64,000 bases of DNA, from the NCBI RefSeq assembly GCF_009914755.1, contig NC_060948.1; one strand, written 5' to 3'. The position numbers and the translations under genes are program-made. Of this stretch, positions 12,775 to 28,200 are shown piece after piece. The stretch comes from the human T2T-CHM13v2.0 reference genome, Homo sapiens. Each line of letters begins with the position of its first letter. Positions within the stretch are counted from its first letter, which is position 1. Under the pieces are notes generated by a model that saw only the letters and a program-made list of their open reading frames with translations, searched no databases and was not told the DNA's origin.

Positions 12775-14807
12775 ATGCTACGGTCTCGAATGGAATAAAA
12801 ATGTATGGAATGGAATGCAATGAAACGGAATCGAATGTCATAGAATGTAATGGAATGCAAAAAAATGGAATCCAAAATCATTGACTGGAAAGGCTGGGTG
12901 TCGAAAGGAATTGACTCCAATGGAATGGAATCGAATCGAATGGAAGTGAATAGAATCGAACTAAATCGAATGGAATGGAATTGATAGGAACGGAATGGAA
13001 AGGAATGCAATGATTTGGCATGGAATGGAATCGAATGGCATCGAATGGAATGGAATGGAATGCAATGGAATGGAATGTATTAGAATGTAATGAACATTAA
13101 TGGAATGTACTCGAATGGATTCGACTGGCATGGAATGTTCTGGAAGTGAATGGAATCCAATGGAATGGATTCAAAAGGAATGGAATCGTACGGAATGGAA
13201 TCTAATGGAATGGAATTAAATGGAAATGAATCAAATTGAATAGCACGGAATTGAATTGAATGGAATCGAATGCAATGGAATCTAATGAAACGGAAAGGAA
13301 AGGAATGGAATGGAATGGAATTGGCTGGAATGGAAAGGAATCGAAACGAATGGAATGGAATCGAACTGAAGAGACTGGAATGGAATGCACTGGAATGGAA
13401 GGGAGTGTAATGGAAGGTTCTCGACAAAAATGGAATCGAATGGAATGGAATTGAATGGAACGGAATAGAGTCGAATGGAATTGAATGGAATGGAATGGAC
13501 TAGAGTGAAATGGAATCGAACCACAAGGAATGGACAGGAATAGAATGGTCTCGAATTGAATGGAATCGTATGGAATGGCATCAAACGGAATGGAATGGAC
13601 AGCCACGGAATGGAATGCACTCGAATGCAATGGAGACGAAACTAATGGACTGGAATAGAATGGACTCGACTGGTACGGACTCCAATGGAATGGAATCGAA
13701 TGGAAGGGAATCGAATGGAATGGACTCGAAGGGAAAAGACTGCAATGGAAAGGTATCGAATGGAATGGAAATTAATGGAATGGAATGGAATCGAATGAAA
13801 TGGAGTCAAAAGGAATGGAATCGAATGGCAAGAAATCGAATGTAATGGAATCGCAAGGAATTGATGTGAACGGAACGGAATGGAATGGAATCCAAAGGAA
13901 TGGAATAGAATGGAATGGAATCGAATGGAAAGGACTCGAATGGAAATCACTCGAATAGAAAGCAATTTAATAAAATAGGATCAAATGTAATGGAATGGAA
14001 TGGAAAGGAATCGAAACGAAAGGAATGGAGACAGATGGAATGGAATGGAACAGAGAGCAATGGTATAGAATGGAATGGAATCATCTGGAATGGAATTGAA
14101 TGGAATGGAATAATATGAAATGGAATGGAATGGAATGGAATGCCTTTGAATTAAATGGACTGGAATGGAATGGACTCGAACAGAGTGGAATGGAAAGTGA
14201 TGAGATAGAATGGAATGGACTCCTTTGGAATGGTGTAGTATGCAATGCAATCGACTGGCAGGGAATCAAAAGGAATGTAATCGAATGGATTGGACTGGAA
14301 TGCAATGGACTCGAATAGATTGGAAACGGAATGCAAAGGAATGGAATGGAATAGTATGGAATGGAATGGAAAGAAATGGAGTGGAACAGACTAGAGTGGA
14401 ATGGAATGGACTCGAAAGCAATGGACTGGAATGGAACTTTCTTGAATGGACTGGAATCAAACGGAATGGAATGCAATGCAATCAAATGGCATGGAATAAA
14501 ATAGAATGAAAGAGAATCAAATGGAATTGAATCGAATGGAATGGAATGGATTGGAAAGGAATAGAATGGAATGGAATGGAATTGACTCAAATGGAATGGA
14601 CTAGAATGGAATGGATTCGAATGGAAGGCAAAGGAATGGAATCTATTGGAATGGACTGTAATGGAATGGAATGGAAGGGATTGGAATGGACTCGAATGGA
14701 ATGGACTGCAATAGAAAGGATTCGAATGGAATGAAAAAGAATTGAATGGAATAGAACAGAATGGAATCAAATCGAATGAAATGGAATGGAATAGAAAGGA
14801 ATGGAAT

Positions 14808-16044
14808 GAAATGGAATGGAAAGGATTCGAATGGAATGCAATCGAATGGAATGGAATCGAACGGAATGGAATAAAATGGAAGAAAACTGGCAAGAAATGG
14901 AATCGAAATGAATGGAGTGTTATGGAACGGACTCAAAAGGAATTGAATGTAATAGAATGGAGTGGAGTGGACTCGAATATAATGGACTGGAATGGAATGA
15001 AATCACATGGAATGGGAACGAATGGAATGGAATGGAAAGGAATGGAATCGAATGGAAAGGAATCGAATGGAAGGGAATGAAATTGAATCAACAGGAATGG
15101 AAGGGAATAGAATAGACGGTAATGGAATGGACTCGAATAGAATGGACACGAATGCTCAAATTGAATGGACTCGAATGGAATGGAAACGAAAGGAATGTCA
15201 TCGAATGGAATTGAATCGATTGGAATGAAATCGCATAGAATGGAGTGGAATCAAATGGAATTGAATCGAAAGCAAAGGAAGCGAATGGACTGAAATGAAA
15301 TGGACTCAAATTGAAAGGGCTCGAAAGTAATGGAGTCAAATGGAATGGTCTGGAATGGAGTGAACACGAATGTAATGCAATCCAATAGAATGGAATCGAA
15401 TGGCATGGAATATAAAGAAATGGAATGAAATGGAATGGAAAGGATTCGAAAGGAATGCAATCGAATGGAATGGAATCGAACGGAATGGAATAAAATGGAA
15501 GAAAACTGGCAAGAAATGCAATCGAAATGAATGGAGTGTTATGGAACGGACTCAAAAGGAATTGAATGTAATAGAATGGAGTGGAGTGGACTCGAATATA
15601 ATGGACTGGAATGGAATGAAATCACATGGAATGGGAACGAATGGAATGGAATGGAAAGGAATGGAATCGAATGGAAAGGAATCGAATGGAAGGGAATGAA
15701 ATTGAATCAACAGGAATGGAAGGGAATAGAATAGACGGTAATGGAATGGACTCGAATAGAATGGACACGAATGCTCAAATTGAATGGACTCGAATGGAAT
15801 GGAAACGAAAGGAATGTCATCGAATGGAATTGAATCGATTGGAATGAAATCGCATAGAATGGAGTGGAATCAAATGGAATTGAATCGAAAGCAAAGGAAG
15901 CGAATGGACTGAAATGAAATGGACTCAAATTGAAAGGGCTCGAAAGTAATGGAGTCAATGGAATGGTCTGGAATGGAGTGAACACGAATGTAATGCAATC
16001 CAATAGAATGGAATCGAATGGCATGGAATATAAAGAAATGGAAT
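14808..16044 (+). repeat. 619-bp internal tandem duplication within unit 5
   Basis: After TATAAAGAAATGGAAT (~15426) the sequence jumps back to GAAATGGAATGGAAAGGATTCG. Landmarks recur at +619 (14912/15531, 15007/15626). The second copy has a 1-bp deletion at ~15957. Confidence 0.9.
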
Positions 16045-16225
16045 CAAAGAGAATGGAAACAAATGCAATGGAATTGAATGGAATGGAATTGAATGGAATG
16101 GGAACGAATGGAGTGAAATTGTATGCAGTAGAAGAGAATAGAATGGAATGCAAGCGAAAGGAAAGGAATGGATTGGAATGGAATGGAATTCATTGGAATG
16201 GAAGGGAATGTAGTGTAATGGACAG

Positions 16226-19200
16226 GCCTGGAATAAAGTGGAATGCTACGGTCTCGAATGGAATAAAAATGTATGGAATGGAATGCAATGAAACGGAATC
16301 GAATGTCATAGAATGTAATGGAATGCAAAAAAATGGAATCCAAAATCATTGACTGGAAAGGCTGGGTGTCGAAAGGAATTGACTCCAATGGAATGGAATC
16401 GAATGGAATGGAAGTGAATAGAATCGAACTAAATCGAATGGAATGGAATTGATAGGAACGGAATGGAAAGGAATGCAATGATTTGGCATGGAATGGAATC
16501 GAATGGCATCGAATGGAATGGAATGGAATGCAATGGAATGGAATGTATTAGAATGTAATGAACATTAATGGAATGTACTCGAATGGATTCGACTGGCATG
16601 GAATGTTCTGGAAGTGAATGGAATCCAATGGAATGGATTCAAAAGGAATGGAATCGTACGGAATGGAATCTAATGGAATGGAATTAAATGGAAATGAATC
16701 AAATTGAATAGCACGGAATTGAATTGAATGGAATCGAATGCAATGGAATCTAATGAAACGGAAAGGAAAGGAATGGAATGGAATGGGCTGGAATGGAAAG
16801 GAATCGAAACGAATGGAATGGAATCGAACTGAAGAGACTGGAATGGAATGCACTGGAATGGAAGGGAGTGTAATGGAAGGTTCTCGACAAAAATGGAATC
16901 GAATGGAATGGAATTGAATGGAACGGAATAGAGTGGAATGGAATTGAATGGAATGGAATGGACTAGAGTGAAATGGAATCGAACCACAAGGAATGGACAG
17001 GAATAGAATGGTCTCGAATTGAATGGAATCGTATGGAATGGCATCAAACGGAATGGAATGGACAGCCACGGAATGGAATGCACTCGAATGCAATGGAGTC
17101 GAAACTAATGGACTGGAATAGAATGGACTCGACTGGTACGGACTCCAATGGAATGGAATCGAATGGAAGGGAATCGAACGGAATGGACTCGAAGGGAAAA
17201 GACTGCAATGGAAAGGTCTCGAATGGAATGGAAATTAATGGAATGGAATGGAATCGAATGAAATGGAGTCAAAAGGAATGGAATCGAATGGCAAGAAATC
17301 GAATGTAATGGAATCGCAAGGAATTGATGTGAACGGAACGGAATGGAATGGAATCCAAAGGAATGGAATAGAATGGAATGGAATCGAATGGAAAGGACTC
17401 GAATGGAAATCACTCGAATAGAATGCAATTTAATAAAATAGGATCAAATGTAATGGAATGGAATGGAAAGGAATCGAAACGAAAGGAATGGAGACAGATG
17501 GAATGGAATGGAACAGAGAGCAATGGTATAGAATGGAATGGAATCATCTGGAATGGAATTGAATGGAATGGAATAATATGAAATGGAATGGAATGGAATG
17601 GAATGTCCTTGAATTAAATGGACTGGAATGGAATGGACTCGAACAGAGTGGAATGGAAAGTGTTGAAATAGAATGGAATGGACTCCTTTGGAATGGTCTA
17701 GTATGCAATGCAATCGACTGGCAGGGAATCAAAAGGAATGTAATCGAATGGATTGGACTGGAATGCAATGGACTCGAATAGATTGGAAACGGAAAGCAAA
17801 GGAATGGAATGGAATAGTATGGAATGGAATGGAAAGGAATGGAGTGGAATAGAATAGAGTGGAATGGAATGGACTCGAAAGCAATGGACTGTAATGGAAC
17901 TTTCTTGAATGGACTGGAATCAAACGGAATGGAATGCAATGCAATCAAATGGCATGGAATAAAATAGAATGAAAGAGAATCAAATGGAATTGAATCGAAT
18001 GGAATCGAATGGATTGGAAAGGAATAGAATGGAATGGAATGGAATTGACTCAAATGGAATGGACTAGAATGGAATGGATTCGAATGGAAGGCAAAGGAAT
18101 GGAATGGAATGGAAGGGATTGGAATGGACTCGAATGGAATGGACTGCAATAGAAAGGATTCGAATGGAATGAAAAAGAATTGAATGGAATAGAACAGAAT
18201 GGAATCAAATCGAATGAAATGGAATGGAATAGAAAGGAATGGAATGAAATGGAATGGAAAGGATTCGAATGGAATGCAATCGAATGGAATGGAATCGAAC
18301 GGAATGGAATAAAATGGAAGAAAACTGGCAAGAAATGGAATCGAAATGAATGGAGTGTTATGGAACGGACTCAAAAGTAATTGAATGTAATAGAATGGAG
18401 TGGAGTGGACTCGAATATAATGGACTGGAATCGAATGAAATCACGTGGAATGGGAACGAATGGAATGGAATGGAAAGGAAAGTAATCGAATGGAAGGGAA
18501 TGAAATTGAATCAACAGGAATGGAAGGGAATAGAATAGACGGTAATGGAATGGACTCGAATAGAATGGACACGAATGCTCAAATTGAATGGACTCGAATG
18601 GAATGGAAACGAAAGGAATGTCATCGAATGGAATTGAATCGATTGGAATGAAATCGCATAGAATGGAGTGGAGTCAAATGGAATTGAAACGAAAGCAAAG
18701 GAAGCGAATGGACTGAAATGAAATGGACTCAAATTGAAAGGGCTCGAAAGGAATGGAGTCAAATGGAATGGTCTGGAATGGAATGAACATGAATGTAATG
18801 CAGTCCAATAGAATGGAATCGAATGGCATGGAATATAAAGAAATGGAATCGAAGAGAATGGAAACAAATGGAATGGAATTGAATGGAATGGAATTGAATG
18901 GAATGGGAACGAATGGAGTGAAATTGTATGCAGTAGAAGAGAATAGAATGGAATGCAAGCGAAAGGAAAGGAATGGATTGGAGTGGAATAGAATTCATTG
19001 GAATGGAAGAGAATGTAGTGTAATGGACAGGCCTGGAATAAAGTGGAATGCTACGGTCTCGAATGGAATAAAAATGTATGGAATGGAATGCAATGAAACG
19101 GAATCGAATGTCATAGAATGTAATGGAATGCAAAAAAATGGAATCCAAAATCATTGACTGGAAAGGCTGGGTGTCGAAAGGAATTGACTCCAATGGAATG

Positions 19201-22200
19201 GAATCGAATGGAATGGAAGTGAATAGAATCGAACTAAATCGAATGGAATGGAATTGATAGGAACGGAATGGAAAGGAATGCAATGATTTGGCATGGAATG
19301 GAATCGAATGGCATCGAATGGAATGGAATGGAATGCAATGGAATGGAATGTATTAGAATGTAATGAACATTAATGGAATGTACTCGAATGGATTCGACTG
19401 GCATGGAATGTTCTGGAAGTGAATGGAATCCAATGGAATGGATTCAAAAGGAATGGAATCGTACGGAATGGAATCTAATGGAATGGAATTAAATGGAAAT
19501 GAATCAAATTGAATAGCACGGAATTGAATTGAATGGAATCGAATGCAATGGAATCTAATGAAACGGAAAGGAAAGGAATGGAATGGAATGGAATGGGCTG
19601 GAATGGAAAGGAATCGAAACGAATGGAATGGAATCGAACTGAAGAGACTGGAATGGAATGCACTGGAATGGAAGGGAGTGTAATGGAAGGTTCTCGACAA
19701 AAATGGAATCGAATGGAATGGAATTGAATGGAACGGAATAGAGTCGAATGGAATTGAATGGAATGGAATGGACTAGAGTGAAATGGAATCGAACCACAAG
19801 GAATGGACAGGAATAGAATGGTCTCGAATTGAATGGAATCGTATGGAATGGCATCAAACGGAATGGAATGGACAGCCACGGAATGGAATGCACTCGAATG
19901 CAATGGAGACGAAACTAATGGACTGGAATAGAATGGACTCGACTGGTACGGACTCCAATGGAATGGAATCGAATGGAAGGGAATCGAATGGAATGGACTC
20001 GAAGGGAAAAGACTGCAATGGAAAGGTATCGAATGGAATGGAAATTAATGGAATGGAATGGAATCGAATGAAATGGAGTCAAAAGGAATGGAATCGAATG
20101 GCAAGAAATCGAATGTAATGGAATCGCAAGGAATTGATGTGAACGGAACGGAATGGAATGGAATCCAAAGGAATGGAATAGAATGGAATGGAATCGAATG
20201 GAAAGGACTCGAATGGAAATCACTCGAATAGAAAGCAATTTAATAAAATAGGATCAAATGGAATGGAATGGAATGGAAAGGAATCGAAACGAAAGGAATG
20301 GAGACAGATGGAATGGAATGGAACAGAGAGCAATGGTATAGAATGGAATGGAATCATCTGGAATGGAATTGAATGGAATGGAATAATATGAAATGGAATG
20401 GAATGGAATGGAATGCCTTTGAATTAAATGGACTGGAATGGAATGGACTCGAACAGAGTGGAATGGAAAGTGATGAGATAGAATGGAATGGACTCCTTTG
20501 GAATGGTGTAGTATGCAATGCAATCGACTGGCAGGGAATCAAAAGGAATGTAATCGAATGGATTGGACTGGAATGCAATGGACTCGAATAGATTGGAAAC
20601 GGAATGCAAAGGAATGGAATGGAATAGTATGGAATGGAATGGAAAGAAATGGAGTGGAACAGACTAGAGTGGAATGGAATGGACTCGAAAGCAATGGACT
20701 GGAATGGAACTTTCTTGAATGGACTGGAATCAAACGGAATGGAATGCAATGCAATCAAATGGCATGGAATAAAATAGAATGAAAGAGAATCAAATGGAAT
20801 TGAATCGAATGGAATGGAATGGATTGGAAAGGAATAGAATGGAATGGAATGGAATTGACTCAAATGGAATGGACTAGAATGGAATGGATTCGAATGGAAG
20901 GCAAAGGAATGGAATCTATTGGAATGGACTGTAATGGAATGGAATGGAAGGGATTGGAATGGACTCGAATGGAATGGACTGCAATAGAAAGGATTCGAAT
21001 GGAATGAAAAAGAATTGAATGGAATAGAACAGAATGGAATCAAATCGAATGAAATGGAATGGAATAGAAAGGAATGGAATGAAATGGAATGGAAAGGATT
21101 CGAATGGAATGCAATCGAATGGAATGGAATCGAACGGAATGGAATAAAATGGAAGAAAACTGGCAAGAAATGGAATCGAAATGAATGGAGTGTTATGGAA
21201 CGGACTCAAAAGGAATTGAATGTAATAGAATGGAGTGGAGTGGACTCGAATATAATGGACTGGAATGGAATGAAATCACGTGGAATGGGAACGAATGGAA
21301 TGGAATGGAAAGGAAAGTAATCGAATGGAAGGGAATGAAATTGAATCAACAGGAATGGAAGGGAATAGAATAGACGGTAATGGAATGGACTCGAATAGAA
21401 TGGACACGAATGCTCAAATTGAATGGACTCGAATGGAATGGAAACGAAAGGAATGTCATCGAATGGAATTGAATCGATTGGAATGAAATCGCATAGAATG
21501 GAGTGGAGTCAAATGGAATTGAAACGAAAGCAAAGGAAGCGAATGGACTGAAATGAAATGGACTCAAATTGAAAGGGCTCGAAAGGAATGGAGTCAAATG
21601 GAATGGTCTGGAATGGAATGAACACGAATGTAATGCAATCCAATAGAATGGAATCGAATGGCATGGAATATAAAGAAATGGAATCGAAGAGAATGGAAAC
21701 AAATGGAATGGAATTGAATGGAATGGAATTGAATGGAATGGGAACGAATGGAGTGAAATTGTATGCAGTAGAAGAGAATAGAATGGAATGCAAGCGAAAG
21801 GAAAGGAATGGATTGGAATGGAATGGAATTCATTGGAATGGAAGAGAATGTAGTGTAATGGACAGGCCTGGAATAAAGTGGAATGCTACGGTCTCGAATG
21901 GAATAAAAATGTATGGAATGGAATGCAATGAAACGGAATCGAATGTCATAGAATGTAATGGAATGCAAAAAAATGGAATCCAAAATCATTGACTGGAAAG
22001 GCTGGGTGTCGAAAGGAATTGACTCCAATGGAATGGAATCGAATGGAATGGAAGTGAATAGAATCGAACTAAATCGAATGGAATGGAATTGATAGGAACG
22101 GAATGGAAAGGAATGCAATGATTTGGCATGGAATGGAATCGAATGGCATCGAATGGAATGGAATGGAATGCAATGGAATGGAATGTATTAGAATGTAATG

Positions 22201-25200
22201 AACATTAATGGAATGTACTCGAATGGATTCGACTGGCATGGAATGTTCTGGAAGTGAATGGAATCCAATGGAATGGATTCAAAAGGAATGGAATCGTACG
22301 GAATGGAATCTAATGGAATGGAATTAAATGGAAATGAATCAAATTGAATAGCACGGAATTGAATTGAATGGAATCGAATGCAATGGAATCTAATGAAACG
22401 GAAAGGAAAGGAAAGGAATGGAATGGAATGGGCTGGAATGGAAAGGAATCGAAACGAATGGAATGGAATCGAACTGAAGAGACTGGAATGGAATGCACTG
22501 GAATGGAAGGGAGTGTAATGGAAGGTTCTCGACAAAAATGGAATCGAATGGAATGGAATTGAATGGAACGGAATAGAGTCGAATGGAATTGAATGGAATG
22601 GAATGGACTAGAGTGAAATGGAATCGAACCACAAGGAATGGACAGGAATAGAATGGTCTCGAATTGAATGGAATCGTATGGAATGGCATCAAACGGAATG
22701 GAATGGACAGCCACGGAATGGAATGCACTCGAATGCAATGGAGACGAAACTAATGGACTGGAATAGAATGGACTTGACTGGTACGGACTCCAATGGAATG
22801 GAATCGAATGGAAGGGAATCGAATGGAATGGACTCGAAGGGAAAAGACTGCAATGGAAAGGTATCGAATGGAATGGAAATTAATGGAATGGAATGGAATC
22901 GAATGAAATGGAGTCAAAAGGAATGGAATCGAATGGCAAGAAATCGAATGTAATGGAATCGCAAGGAATTGATGTGAACGGAACGGAATGGAATGGAATC
23001 CAAAGGAATGGAATAGAATGGAATGGAATCGAATGGAAAGGACTCGAATGGAAATCACTCGAATAGAAAGCAATTTAATAAAATAGGATCAAATGGAATG
23101 GAATGGAATGGAAAGGAATCGAAACGAAAGGAATGGAGACAGATGGAATGGAATGGAACAGAGAGCAATGGTATAGAATGGAATGGAATCATCTGGAATG
23201 GAATTGAATGGAATGGAATAATATGAAATGGAATGGAATGGAATGGAATGCCTTTGAATTAAATGGACTGGAATGGAATGGACTCGAACAGAGTGGAATG
23301 GAAAGTGATGAGATAGAATGGAATGGACTCCTTTGGAATGGTGTAGTATGCAATGCAATCGACTGGCAGGGAATCAAAAGGAATGTAATCGAATGGATTG
23401 GACTGGAATGCAATGGACTCGAATAGATTGGAAACGGAATGCAAAGGAATGGAATGGAATAGTATGGAATGGAATGGAAAGAAATGGAGTGGAACAGACT
23501 AGAGTGGAATGGAATGGACTCGAAAGCAATGGACTGGAATGGAACTTTCTTGAATGGACTGGAATCAAACGGAATGGAATGCAATGCAATCAAATGGCAT
23601 GGAATAAAATAGAATGAAAGAGAATCAAATGGAATTGAATCGAATGGAATGGAATGGATTGGAAAGGAATAGAATGGAATGGAATGGAATTGACTCAAAT
23701 GGAATGGACTAGAATGGAATGGATTCGAATGGAAGGCAAAGGAATGGAATCTATTGGAATGGACTGTAATGGAATGGAATGGAAGGGATTGGAATGGACT
23801 CGAATGGAATGGACTGCAATAGAAAGGATTCGAATGGAATGAAAAAGAATTGAATGGAATAGAACAGAATGGAATCAAATCGAATGAAATGGAATGGAAT
23901 AGAAAGGAATGGAATGAAATGGAATGGAAAGGATTCGAATGGAATGCAATCGAATGGAATGGAATCGAACGGAATGGAATAAAATGGAAGAAAACTGGCA
24001 AGAAATGGAATCGAAATGAATGGAGTGTTATGGAACGGACTCAAAAGGAATTGAATGTAATAGAATGGAGTGGAGTGGACTCGAATATAATGGACTGGAA
24101 TGGAATGAAATCACATGGAATGGGAACGAATGGAATGGAATGGAAAGGAATGGAATCGAATGGAAAGGAATCGAATGGAAGGGAATGAAATTGAATCAAC
24201 AGGAATGGAAGGGAATAGAATAGACGGTAATGGAATGGACTCGAATAGAATGGACACGAATGCTCAAATTGAATGGACTCGAATGGAATGGAAACGAAAG
24301 GAATGTCATCGAATGGAATTGAATCGATTGGAATGAAATCGCATAGAATGGAGTGGAATCAAATGGAATTGAATCGAAAGCAAAGGAAGCGAATGGACTG
24401 AAATGAAATGGACTCAAATTGAAAGGGCTCGAAAGGAATGGAGTCAAATGGAATGGTCTGGAATGGAGTGAACACGAATGTAATGCAATCCAATAGAATG
24501 GAATCGAATGGCATGGAATATAAAGAAATGGAATCGAAGAGAATGGAAACAAATGGAATGGAATTGAATGGAATGGAATTGAATGGAATGGGAACGAATG
24601 GAGTGAAATTGTATGCAGTAGAAGAGAATAGAATGGAATGCAAGCAAAAGGAAAGGAATGGATTGGAATGGAATGGAATTCATTGGAATGGAAGGGAATG
24701 TAGTGTAATGGACAGGCCTGGAATAAAGTGGAATGCTACGGTCTCGAATGGAATAAAAATGTATGGAATGGAATGCAATGAAACGGAATCGAATGTCATA
24801 GAATGTAATGGAATGCAAAAAAATGGAATCCAAAATCATTGATTGGAAAGGCTGGGTGTCGAAAGGAATTGACTCCAATGGAATGGAATCGAATGGAATG
24901 GAAGTGAATAGAATCGAACTAAATCGAATGGAATGGAATTGATAGGAACGGAATGGAAAGGAATGCAATGATTTGGCATGGAATGGAATCGAATGGCATC
25001 GAATGGAATGGAATGGAATGCAATGGAATGGATTCAAAAGGAATGGAATCGTACGGAATGGAATCTAATGGAATGGAATTAAATGGAAATGAATCAAATT
25101 GAATAGCACGGAATTGAATTGAATGGAATCGAATGCAATGGAATCTAATGAAACGGAAAGGAAAGGAATGGAATGGAATGGGCTGGAATGGAAAGGAATC

Positions 25201-28200
25201 GAAACGAATGGAATGGAATCGAACTGAAGAGACTGGAATGGAATGCACTGGAATGGAAGGGAGTGTAATGGAAGGTTCTCGACAAAAATGGAATCGAATG
25301 GAATGGAATTGAATGGAACGGAATAGAGTGGAATGGAATTGAATGGAATGGAATGGACTAGAGTGAAATGGAATCGAACCACAAGGAATGGACAGGAATA
25401 GAATGGTCTCGAATTGAATGGAATCGTATGGAATGGCATCAAACGGAATGGAATGGACAGCCACGGAATGGAATGCACTCGAATGCAATGGAGTCGAAAC
25501 TAATGGACTGGAATAGAATGGACTCGACTGGTACGGACTCCAATGGAATGGAATCGAATGGAAGGGAATCGAACGGAATGGACTCGAAGGGAAAAGAATG
25601 CAATGGAAAGGTATCGAATGGAATGGAAATTAATGGAATGGAATGGAATCGAATGAAATGGAGTCAAAAGGAATGGAATCGAATGGCAAGAAATCGAATG
25701 TAATGGAATCGCAAGGAATTGATGTGAACGGAACGGAATGGAATGGAATCCAAAGGAATGGAATAGAATGGAATGGAATCGAATGGAAAGGACTCGAATG
25801 GAAATCACTCGAATAGAATGCAATTTAATAAAATAGGATCAAATGTAATGGAATGGAATGGAAAGGAATCGAAACGAAAGGAATGGAGACAGATGGAATG
25901 GAATGGAACAGAGAGCAATGGTATAGAATGGAATGGAATCATCTGGAATGGAATTGAATGGAATGGAATAATATGAAATGGAATGGAATGGAATGGAATG
26001 TCCTTGAATTAAATGGACTGGAATGGAATGGACTCGAACAGAGTGGAATGGAAAGTGTTGAAATAGAATGGAATGGACTCCTTTGGAATGGTCTAGTATG
26101 CAATGCAATCGACAGGCAGGGAATCAAAAGGAATGTAATCGAATGGATTGGACAGGAATGCAATGGACTCGAATAGATTGGAAACGGAAAGCAAAGGAAT
26201 GGAATGGAATAGTATGGAATGGAATTGAAAGGAATGGAGTGGAATAGACTAGAGTGGAATGGAATGGACTCGAAAGCAATGGACTGTAATGGAACTTTCT
26301 TGAATGGACTGGAATCAAACGGAATGGAATGCAATGCAATCAAATGGCATGGAATAAAATAGAATGAAAGAGAATCAAATGGAATTGAATCGAATGGAAT
26401 CGAATGGATTGGAAAGGAATAGAATGGAATGGAATGGAATTGACTCAAATGGAATGGACTAGAATGGAATGGATTCGAATGGAAGGCAAAGGAATGGAAT
26501 CTATTGGAATGGACTGTAATGGAATGGAATGGAAGGGATTGGAATGGACTCGAATGGAATGGACTGCAATAGAAAGGATTCGAATGGAATGAAAAAGAAT
26601 TGAATGGAATAGAACAGAATGGAATCAAATCGAATGAAATGGAATGGAATAGAAAGGAATGGAATGAAATGGAATGGAAAGGATTCGAATGGAATGCAAT
26701 CGAATGGAATGGAATCGAACGGAATGGAATAAAATGGAAGAAAACTGGCAAGAAATGGAATCGAAATGAATGGAGTGTTATGGAACGGACTCAAAAGGAA
26801 TTGAATGTAATAGAATGGAGTGGAGTGGACTCGAATATAATGGACTGGAATCGAATGAAATCACGTGGAATGGGAACGAATGGAATGGAATGGAAAGGAA
26901 AGTAATCGAATGGAAGGGAATGAAATTGAATCAACAGGAATGGAAGGGAATAGAATAGACGGTAATGGAATGGACTCGAATAGAATGGACACGAATGCTC
27001 AAATTGAATGGACTCGAATGGAATGGAAACGAAAGGAATGTCATCGAATGGAATTGAATCGATTGGAATGAAATCGCATAGAATGGAGTGGAGTCAAATG
27101 GAATTGAAACGAAAGCAAAGGAAGCGAATGGACTGAAATGAAATGGACTCAAATTGAAAGGGCTCGAAAGGAATGGAGTCAAATGGAATGGTCTGGAATG
27201 GAATGAACACGAATGTAATGCAATCCAATAGAATGGAATCGAATGGCATGGAATATAAAGAAATGGAATCGAAGAGAATGGAAACAAATGGAATGGAATT
27301 GAATGGAATGGAATTGAATGGAATGGGAACGAATGGAGTGAAATTGTATGCAGTAGAAGAGAATAGAATGGAATGCAAGCGAAAGGAAAGGAATGGATTG
27401 GAGTGGAATGGAATTCATTGGAATGGAAGAGAATGTAGTGTAATGGACAGGCCTGGAATAAAGTGGAATGCTACGGTCTCGAATGGAATAAAAATGTATG
27501 GAATGGAATGCAATGAAACGGAATCGAATGTCATAGAATGTAATGGAATGCAAAAAAATGGAATCCAAAATCATTGACTGGAAAGGCTGGGTGTCGAAAG
27601 GAATTGACTCCAATGGAATGGAATCGAATGGAATGGAAGTGAATAGAATCGAACTAAATCGAATGGAATGGAATTGATAGGAACGGAATGGAAAGGAATG
27701 CAATGATTTGGCATGGAATGGAATCGAATGGCATCGAATGGAATGGAATGGAATGCAATGGAATGGAATGTATTAGAATGTAATGAACATTAATGGAATG
27801 TACTCGAATGGATTCGACTGGCATGGAATGTTCTGGAAGTGAATGGAATCCAATGGAATGGATTCAAAAGGAATGGAATCGTACGGAATGGAATCTAATG
27901 GAATGGAATTAAATGGAAATGAATCAAATTGAATAGCACGGAATTGAATTGAATGGAATCGAATGCAATGGAATCTAATGAAACGGAAAGGAAAGGAATG
28001 GAATGGAATGGAATGGGCTGGACTGGAAAGGAATCGAAACGAATGGAATGGAATCGAACTGAAGAGACTGGAATGGAATGCACTGGAATGGAAGGGAGTG
28101 TAATGGAAGGTTCTCGACAAAAATGGAATCGAATGGAATGGAATTGAATGGAACGGAATAGAGTCGAATGGAATTGAATGGAATGGAATGGACTAGAGTG

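Noticed and set aside
10079-15957. Single-base deletions at ~10079 and ~15957 as meaningful events
   Set aside because: They are singletons in short homopolymers and cannot be distinguished from sequencing error without reads.
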